Below, piece after piece: positions 57,515-64,000 of a stretch of DNA of 64,000 bases (its first letter is position 1; the number at the start of each line of letters is the position of its first letter). A model generated the notes under the pieces. It saw only the letters and a list, made by a program, of their open reading frames with translations. It made no database searches and was not told the DNA's origin. Origin of the DNA: an uncultured bacterium (GTDB lineage: Bacteria; Krumholzibacteriota; Krumholzibacteriia; Krumholzibacteriales; Krumholzibacteriaceae); contig CAWFAD010000016.1 in assembly GCA_963813815.1 (NCBI GenBank), forward strand, positions 576,001-640,000. Reading direction: 5' to 3'. Made by a program: the position numbers and the translations under genes.

Positions 57515-59197
57515 TCAGCTCGTCGTCGCCCGCTCGAGGCGCTTCATCACCGAGAAGATGAACGCCGCCGAAAGGAGGCAGCAGACAACGAGAATGAGCC
57601 AGAGACTCCACAGCGGCACCTGGTCCCAGAGCCAACCGATGACGCCGAGGAGGTAGTTGCCTATGGCCGTGGCGGCGAACCATCCGCCTTGGCAGAGGCC
57701 CTTGTACTGCGGCGGAGCGACCTTCGCCACGAAGGAGATCCCCATGGGGCTGAGGAAAAGCTCGGCCACCGTGAGGATGAAGTAGGTCCAGATGAGCCAG
57801 TAGGGGGAGACGAGCATGTTCGCCGGCGCCACCTGCCCCGCGAGCATCTTGGGGCTCGGGAGCCCGAGCGATCCGATGAGGAGCAGGCCGAAGGCGCCCG
57901 CCGTCATGAGCATCCCGTAGCCGATCTTGCGCGGCGCCGAAGGTTCCTTTCCCCTCCCGTTCAGCCATCCGAAAAATCCCACGACGACCGGCGTCAGGGC
58001 GACGATGAAGAACGGGTTGAAATGCTGGAACTTCTGCGGGGTGAAAGGATTCGTCGCGCCGTAGCCGTAGTAGCGCCAGTACGCGAGCAGCGCGAACGCG
58101 GCGAACGTGACGATGCCGATCGCGCGCGCGCGGCCGGAACCGCCTCTCTTGAGCGCGAAGTAGGCGCCGAGCGCCGCGAGGAATATCGGCAGGAGGCCGA
58201 AGAGGTCGAACCAGAGATTCGTCGCCTTGCCGACGCTTTCCTGCGTGTAATCGCGCGCGAAGTAGGTCATGCAGACGCCGCTCTGATGGAACGACATCCA
58301 GAAGAACACGACGACGACGTAGACGAGCCCGAGCGCGATGAAGCGGTCCTTGATCTGCGCGGGGGTCAGCGTCTGGACGTGCGAGGGGACGCCCTGCGCG
58401 CGCGTCTTGTCCGTCACCATGTAGTCGGCGTGCTGGTAATATTTTCGGAAACCCCAGAAAACGAGCATCGAGATGATGAGACTGATGCAGGCGACGCCGA
58501 AGCCGTAATGGTACGACTTGCTGAGGGTATTGATGTAATGCTCCGAAAACGCGCCGAGCGTCTCCACGGTGACGGAGGGATCCTGCGCCTGCGCGAGGCC
58601 GAGGTATTCGGATGCGTTCTCGAGCGTGCCCTTGAGAAACTGGTTCGCGAGCGCCGGTATCCGGGGATTGTAAAAGAAACCGGCCTTCGAGAGGATCCAG
58701 TTGTTGATCGTCTCGGCGGCGGTCGGCGCGAACATCGCGCCGATGTTGATGCCCATGTAGAAGAGGGTGAAAGCGCGGTCGCGGTTCGGCGCGAACTCGG
58801 GGGCCTCGTACATCTTGCCGACGAGGGCCTGGAGGTTTCCCTTGAAGAGCCCCGTGCCGAGCGCGATCGTGGCGAGCGCCGCGACGATGAGCGGGAAGCC
58901 CGTCGACATATTCGTCGGGAAGGCCAGCATGAGATAGCCGGCGAACATCACGACGAGCCCGATGCCGATCGTCTTGCCGTACCCGAGCACCTTGTCGGCG
59001 ATGATGCCCCCGAGGAGCGGGAAGAAGTAGACGAAGCCCATGAAAATGCCGTAGACGCGGCTCGACTCGGTCGAGGTCATGCCGTACTTCGCCTGCATGA
59101 ACAGGACGAAGATGGCGACCATCGTGTAGAAGCCGAACCGCTCGCCCATGTTCGCGAAGAACGCGACGATGAGCCCCTTCGGATGTCCCTTAAACAT
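57515..59197 (-). CDS. POT/PTR family di/tripeptide MFS transporter
   Basis: GHPKGL, NMGERFGFY, GGIIADK, GTGLFKGN, FYMGINIG, FQHFNP, ELFLSPMG. Confidence 0.93.
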   Translation of the reverse strand: MFKGHPKGLIVAFFANMGERFGFYTMVAIFVLFMQAKYGMTSTESSRVYGIFMGFVYFFPLLGGIIADKVLGYGKTIGIGLVVMFAGYLMLAFPTNMSTGFPLIVAALATIALGTGLFKGNLQALVGKMYEAPEFAPNRDRAFTLFYMGINIGAMFAPTAAETINNWILSKAGFFYNPRIPALANQFLKGTLENASEYLGLAQAQDPSVTVETLGAFSEHYINTLSKSYHYGFGVACISLIISMLVFWGFRKYYQHADYMVTDKTRAQGVPSHVQTLTPAQIKDRFIALGLVYVVVVFFWMSFHQSGVCMTYFARDYTQESVGKATNLWFDLFGLLPIFLAALGAYFALKRGGSGRARAIGIVTFAAFALLAYWRYYGYGATNPFTPQKFQHFNPFFIVALTPVVVGFFGWLNGRGKEPSAPRKIGYGMLMTAGAFGLLLIGSLGLPSPKMLAGQVAPANMLVSPYWLIWTYFILTVAELFLSPMGISFVAKVAPPQYKGLCQGGWFAATAIGNYLLGVIGWLWDQVPLWSLWLILVVCCLLSAAFIFSVMKRLERATTS

Positions 59198-59422
59198 AAG
59201 CGATCCTCTCGCCTCCTTTGGGTCAACGCGTCTGGGATCGGCGGTGCCCGCCCGGCCCGCCGGGCGGACGATGGAGGAGATAGTACGCGAGAACGCGCGG
59301 AGACGGTAGGGGAAACTTTGGCGTCCGCGGCGGACGACCGGCCGCCGACGGCCTGATCCTCAATGACTATGTTTCCGGCGGGAAACCGGATATAATCCCC
59401 ACCACGAAAGGGAGGACGATCG

Positions 59423-61132
59423 ATGGAACCATCACGGGAACGGTCCGCCGGGAGCGGGGCCTTCGCCCTCGGAGACGCGGGCGAGCCGAGAATCGCGTAC
59501 TTCTCGATGGAGATTGGGATCGACGAGGATATTCCGACCTACAGCGGAGGGCTCGGCATCCTCGCGGGGGATACGCTCAAATCCTGCGCGGATCTCGGCG
59601 TCCCCATCGCCGGCGTGACGCTCCTGTCGGAGAACGGATATTTCTATCAGCAGATCGACGCCGGCGGGAACCAGGTGGAAATGCCGATCAAATTCGACGT
59701 CGAACACCACCTCGCTTCGACCCCCGTGAGGGCGGCCGTGACCGTGGAGAATCGCACGGTGCACGTTCGCGTCTGGTATTACCTGCTGAGAGGGATCGGT
59801 GGGCGCGTCGTTCCGGTGCTGTTTCTCGATACGAACCTCGAGGAGAACGGCGAGTGGGATAGGACGCTCACGAGAAACCTCTACGGCGGCGACGCACGCT
59901 ACCGGCTCGCGCAGGAGATCGTTCTCGGCGTCGGCGGGGTTCGGGCCCTCCAGGCGCTCGGGTACGGCGGGATCGAGAAGTTTCACATGAACGAGGGGCA
60001 CTCCGCGCTCCTCGCGCTCGAGCTCCTGCGGCAGGGGGGAGACATCGACGGGGTGCGCCGGCGGTGCGTCTTTACCACGCATACCCCGGTCGCCGCGGGG
60101 CACGATCAGTTCGAGCTCGGTCTCGCGCGCGGCATGCTCGGCGAACTTCTGCCGGACACGCACATCGAGGACGTCACCTTCGAGGGCAAGCTCAATATGA
60201 CGCGCCTCGCCCTCCACTTCAGCCATCACGTGAACGGCGTCGCGAAACGGCACGGCGAGATCTCCCGGCTCATGTTCCCCGGCTACACGATCGATTCGAT
60301 CACGAACGGCGTGCATTCGACGACGTGGACCGCGGAGCCCTTCAAGCGCCTCTTCGACGCCCACATGCCGGGCTGGCGCTCGGATCCCTTCATCCTCCGC
60401 TCCGCGTTCGGCATCGCGAAGCAGGAGATCTGGGCCGCCCACATGGATGCGAAGCGGGAGCTCGTCGATTTCGTCAACGGGCGGTTCAACGCGGGGATGA
60501 CGGACGAGGATTTCACGATCGGATACGCGCGAAGGCAAACCGCCTACAAGCGTCCCGATCTCCTCATATCGGACATGGAGCGTCTGAGGCGGATCGCCGA
60601 AACGGCCGGCCCCGTCCAGATCGTTTACGCGGGAAAGGCCCATCCGAAAGACGAATCGGGCAAGGAAGCGATCCGAAAGATCGTGGCCGCCGCCTCGGCG
60701 AGCGGGGGAAAGCTCAAGATCGCTTACATCAACAACTACGATATCGCCGTCGGCAAGATGATGGTGGCCGGCGTCGATCTGTGGCTCAACACGCCCCGGC
60801 GGCCGCTCGAGGCCTCGGGAACCTCCGGCATGAAGGCGGCGCACAACGGCATCCCGCAGCTCAGCACGCTCGACGGCTGGTGGCTCGAAGGGTGCATCGA
60901 GAACATCACGGGATGGGCGATCGGCCCGGAGAAGACGGCGCACCAGGAATCGGACGACGCCGTCGATCGCCGCGACCTCTACGAGAAGCTCGAAAAGAGC
61001 GTCCTTCCGAAATTCTACGGCGATCGCGACAACTGGGTGCGGACGATGAGGAGCTGCATCGCCATCAACGCTTCGTTCTTCAACACAAACCGCATGGTGC
61101 AGCAGTACGTCGTGAACTCCTACTTCCTGTAG
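59423..61132 (+). CDS. glgP: Alpha-glucan (glycogen/maltodextrin) phosphorylase, short form
   Basis: YFSMEIG, YSGGLGILAGD, HMNEGH, FTTHTPV, YKRPDL, EASGTSGMKAA (PLP Lys); TATAAT at 59391-59396. Confidence 0.93.
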   Translation: MEPSRERSAGSGAFALGDAGEPRIAYFSMEIGIDEDIPTYSGGLGILAGDTLKSCADLGVPIAGVTLLSENGYFYQQIDAGGNQVEMPIKFDVEHHLASTPVRAAVTVENRTVHVRVWYYLLRGIGGRVVPVLFLDTNLEENGEWDRTLTRNLYGGDARYRLAQEIVLGVGGVRALQALGYGGIEKFHMNEGHSALLALELLRQGGDIDGVRRRCVFTTHTPVAAGHDQFELGLARGMLGELLPDTHIEDVTFEGKLNMTRLALHFSHHVNGVAKRHGEISRLMFPGYTIDSITNGVHSTTWTAEPFKRLFDAHMPGWRSDPFILRSAFGIAKQEIWAAHMDAKRELVDFVNGRFNAGMTDEDFTIGYARRQTAYKRPDLLISDMERLRRIAETAGPVQIVYAGKAHPKDESGKEAIRKIVAAASASGGKLKIAYINNYDIAVGKMMVAGVDLWLNTPRRPLEASGTSGMKAAHNGIPQLSTLDGWWLEGCIENITGWAIGPEKTAHQESDDAVDRRDLYEKLEKSVLPKFYGDRDNWVRTMRSCIAINASFFNTNRMVQQYVVNSYFL

Positions 61133-62049
61133 CCGCGCGCCGCGATGAGCGCGCCGAGATTTCGGGGCAGGATTCCGTAGTCGTCGGCGAGATCGATCGC
61201 CTTCAGCTTGTCCACGGTCTCGGCGGGCAGACGGTCGAGAGGCACGCGGCCCATGATGGCCTCCGTTTCCCGTTCCGAAAAGCGCGCCGCGTCCTCGATC
61301 CTGCCGATGAAATCCCGGTTCTCGGGACACGTCTCCTGACACGCCATGCATCCGATGAGGCAGCGATGGCTCGCGGGATCGAGCCACCCCGGAAAAGCGG
61401 GAGCGTCGCTTTCGTTGAGATAGGCGAGGCAGCGCTCCGCGCGAATGAGGAAGCGGTCGGGGGATATGCTGTTCGTTGGGCAGGCCGCGGCGCAGGCGGC
61501 GCAGCGGGTGCACCGCTCCATCATCGCCTCGTCGCGCCACGGGTCGCATCCGCAGGGGACGTCGGTGAAGAAGGCCGCCAGTCTGTTGAAGCTGCCGTTT
61601 CCGGGAACGTAGCAGACGTTGTTTCTGCCGTACACGCCGAGGCCGCTCCGCACGGCGAGCTGCTTGAGCGGGAGATTCGCTTTCACGAAGCGGTGTCCGA
61701 GGCCGCCGAGCGACTCGCGGAGGAGCGCTTCGATTTCCGCGTCGACCTTCCAGCGATAGGTGGGAGGGACGATCGCCGCGATCTCCTTTTCCTTCCATTC
61801 GAAGAATGCCCGAATCATGGGCTGCGGAACGGCGATCGCGAGTATCGATCGGGCCTCGGGGAAATCAATGGTAGGGTCGAATTCGAAACTGGAGAGGCGC
61901 TCCCGATAAAAGGCCGCGTCGAGACCGCCGCTCTCGCGCAGTCGCTCGATCGCGGATGCGATCTCCCGCGCGCGCCGGAACGGCGCGAGACTGAAGCGCC
62001 AGCCTCGCGAGCCGAGCTCGCTCGAAAGGATGCGGATCGTCTCTTCCAC
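61120..62049 (-). CDS. QueG-like 2x[4Fe-4S] protein (epoxyqueuosine reductase/reductive dehalogenase-related fold)
   Basis: GTG 62049; LPLKQLAVRSGLGVYGRNN; CTRCAACAAACP; RCLAY; GCMACQETCP. Confidence 0.75.
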   Translation of the reverse strand: MEETIRILSSELGSRGWRFSLAPFRRAREIASAIERLRESGGLDAAFYRERLSSFEFDPTIDFPEARSILAIAVPQPMIRAFFEWKEKEIAAIVPPTYRWKVDAEIEALLRESLGGLGHRFVKANLPLKQLAVRSGLGVYGRNNVCYVPGNGSFNRLAAFFTDVPCGCDPWRDEAMMERCTRCAACAAACPTNSISPDRFLIRAERCLAYLNESDAPAFPGWLDPASHRCLIGCMACQETCPENRDFIGRIEDAARFSERETEAIMGRVPLDRLPAETVDKLKAIDLADDYGILPRNLGALIAARGYRK

Positions 62050-62051
62050 GG

Positions 62052-63710
62052 TCAGCCGCCGACGGGGGGCGGAAGGCGCAGCGCCAGCCAGCCGGTTGGG
62101 TGGCTCATCGCGCCCCGCGGCACCGTGGTGCATCTGCCGAGGGAGTCCCGGGACGCTCCCAGAAACAGGGCGAGAATTCTCTCGTGATCGAGAACGACGC
62201 TGATCCCCTCGTCCCGGATGTAGTCGTCGAGGCATCCGCCTCTGAGGGCCGCGAGCGCATCGCGGTTCACCTTGCCGTCGAGGTTGATGGTCTTCCGGCC
62301 CGACAGGTATCCGATCGTGCCGCACTGAAAGGAACCGATCGTGTCGCCCTCGTCCGTGTTCTCGCTCGCCCAGCAGGCGACGTCGTAGAAGGGGTATACG
62401 GGCTGCGAGCGAAACGCCTGCGAGTAGGCGAAGTAGACGAAGAGCGCCGCGTACCCGACGGCAGCCGCCGCGAACGCCAGACGCGTGCGCGCGCCGCGGC
62501 GGCGGTACCAGCCGACGGCGTCCTCGAGAAGGAAGGCGAAGTAAATAGAGCCCACGATGAAGATCGGGTAGTAGTAGCGGATGAAGTAGAACGATCCGAA
62601 GATATAGAGGGAATACGACGCGACGAGAAGCCCCGAGAACCAGAGCAGCGGATCGATCTCGCTCCTGCGGGCGCGCCCGACGTTTCGTTGCCACCGCGCC
62701 ACCGCCCACGCGAAGAGCGCGAGGGCGACGAGGCCGATGGCGCCCGCCGCGACGCGAAAGCCGCCGACCGCGCCGGCCGCGGTGCCCGCTCGATCGAGCG
62801 AGCGGAAGAAAACGTGCACGGGCGGGATGACCTGCATCGTCGCGAACGAGTGCGCGAGCTGCTTCCAGACGAACGAGTATCCCGGGCCGTCGGCGGCGAG
62901 GCTCTCGGGCGAGTAGTGGAAATAGTTGGTGTAGGCGAGCGACAGGTAGCGCGTCGCCGTGCCGCTGTCCTGCAGGGGGCTCCCGCTCTCGAGCATGTTA
63001 TAGACGAGCCACGGTCCGTAGAGCGCGATAACGCCGAGGGGAACGAGCCCCACGGGGAGAAGCCTCTTCGCCGGCGCGCCGCTCCTTCGGAGCAGCAGGA
63101 GATAATCGAGCGATAGAACGAGGACGAGGAGCAGCGAGTCGATGCGGGAGAGCACCGCGAGGCCGAGCAAGAGCCCGAGGGCGAGATATCGCCGCGCCGG
63201 CGGCCGTTCGACCTGACGCACGCGCGCGAGATAATAGTAAAAGGCGAGGGCGATCATGAACGCCGCAAGGGCGGTTTCGAGTCCGTTCGCCCCCTGGCGG
63301 ATGACGACCGGCGAGAACGCCCAAACGAGGGCGGCGGCGAGCGCGGCCGCCCTTCCCGCGTGGCGGCGCGCGATGAGGTATATGAGCCCGGCGGTGAGGC
63401 ACGTGAAGACGGCGAGCATCGTGAGGGCGATGTGAATGGGCAGAATGGGATCGCCGTTCGCGGCGAGATACACCGGCACGAGGAGGAAGACATAGAGCGG
63501 CTGGAATCCGCTCGTCGAGTGCTCCCCGTCGAACGTGACGCCCCGGCCGGCGGCTATGTTTTGAGCTATCTTGAAGGCGTAGAAGCTGTCGTCGTAGAGG
63601 AAGCCGTTCCGCGCGAGCACGGCGAACCCCTGCCATGCGATGGCCAGATGAAAGGCGAGAATGGCGAGCAGAATGCCGGTGGCGAGAACGGCATTGTTGT
63701 GTTTTTGCAT
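62052..63710 (-). CDS. Multi-pass GT-C-fold glycosyltransferase-like membrane protein
   Basis: First-loop YDDSFYAFKIAQN..G.GVTFDG...GFQPL; NGLET; LSRID; many TM helices; C-terminal GTIGY/INLDGKVN. Confidence 0.75.
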   Translation of the reverse strand: MQKHNNAVLATGILLAILAFHLAIAWQGFAVLARNGFLYDDSFYAFKIAQNIAAGRGVTFDGEHSTSGFQPLYVFLLVPVYLAANGDPILPIHIALTMLAVFTCLTAGLIYLIARRHAGRAAALAAALVWAFSPVVIRQGANGLETALAAFMIALAFYYYLARVRQVERPPARRYLALGLLLGLAVLSRIDSLLLVLVLSLDYLLLLRRSGAPAKRLLPVGLVPLGVIALYGPWLVYNMLESGSPLQDSGTATRYLSLAYTNYFHYSPESLAADGPGYSFVWKQLAHSFATMQVIPPVHVFFRSLDRAGTAAGAVGGFRVAAGAIGLVALALFAWAVARWQRNVGRARRSEIDPLLWFSGLLVASYSLYIFGSFYFIRYYYPIFIVGSIYFAFLLEDAVGWYRRRGARTRLAFAAAAVGYAALFVYFAYSQAFRSQPVYPFYDVACWASENTDEGDTIGSFQCGTIGYLSGRKTINLDGKVNRDALAALRGGCLDDYIRDEGISVVLDHERILALFLGASRDSLGRCTTVPRGAMSHPTGWLALRLPPPVGG

Positions 63711-63779
63711 GAGATGCGCCGTCTCGTTAGCGGTAGCCGCCGATACGACATCCTTTCGTTTGAAGGTTCAGTGGCGTCA

Positions 63780-63809
63780 ATTATATCCGATACCCGGCCC
63801 CCGTGTCAA
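63780..63809 (-). promoter_or_regulatory. sigma70 promoter of the GT-C/QueG-like operon
   Basis: Consensus hexamers TTGACA-N18-TATAAT on the minus strand. Confidence 0.75.
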
Positions 63810-64000
63810 TGCCCGGCGTCCGGCAAGGCTTTCCGGTCCCGTCCGGCGCGCTTTTCGGGATCGCTTCCGCGCCGCTGCGTTTCGAAAAATATGCTGATCT
63901 CGCGCTCGCCGCGGGGCTCGAGGAGGATGAACGGCACCGGATCGCCGAGCCGCGCGACGGGCGATATGCGAGCCGGCGGGGCGACGCGCAAGCCGCGATC

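Noticed and set aside
63566..63751. 61-aa upstream ORF overlapping the GT-C start
   Set aside because: The purine-rich tract abuts the ATG with no spacing, there is no motif, and the GT-C frame has its own ATG at 63710.

Overview
High-GC bacterial chromosomal window with about 40 protein genes, one tRNA and one candidate structured ncRNA. I saw no mobile element, CRISPR array or rRNA. Gene content and style suggest an uncultured diderm of the wider FCB group, possibly Krumholzibacteriota-like; this is inference only. Contents in order: an N-terminal part of an outer-membrane barrel gene (open at the window edge); a papain-family protease with an IPTL-CTERM-like tail; addB/addA, with addA broken by two homopolymer -1 shifts that are probably assembly errors; a dipeptide epimerase; a PAS-GAF-GAF/NarL-type two-component pair; an AT-richer intergenic region holding a ~185-nt self-complementary RNA candidate with its own terminator; yjbQ, pepD and pruA; an unusual tRNA-Trp(A73)-trpS-tryptophanase unit; a sensor kinase; a PhzF-like gene; a sigma54-driven Dif-like chemosensory operon (cheR-mcp-cheW-cheD-cheB-cheA-cheC-cheY-TPR-DUF4388); S46 dipeptidyl peptidase, EamA, amidotransferase, GH97, CstA, an S9-like hydrolase, OM proteins, PAP2, a two-subunit RND pump, a POT transporter, glucan phosphorylase, and a GT-C glycosyltransferase paired with a QueG-like Fe-S protein. 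The best candidates for something undescribed are the tRNA-Trp(A73)/Fe-S TrpRS/divergent tryptophanase operon and the orphan structured ncRNA at ~14.6-14.85 kb. All calls come from reading motifs by eye; no searches were run.
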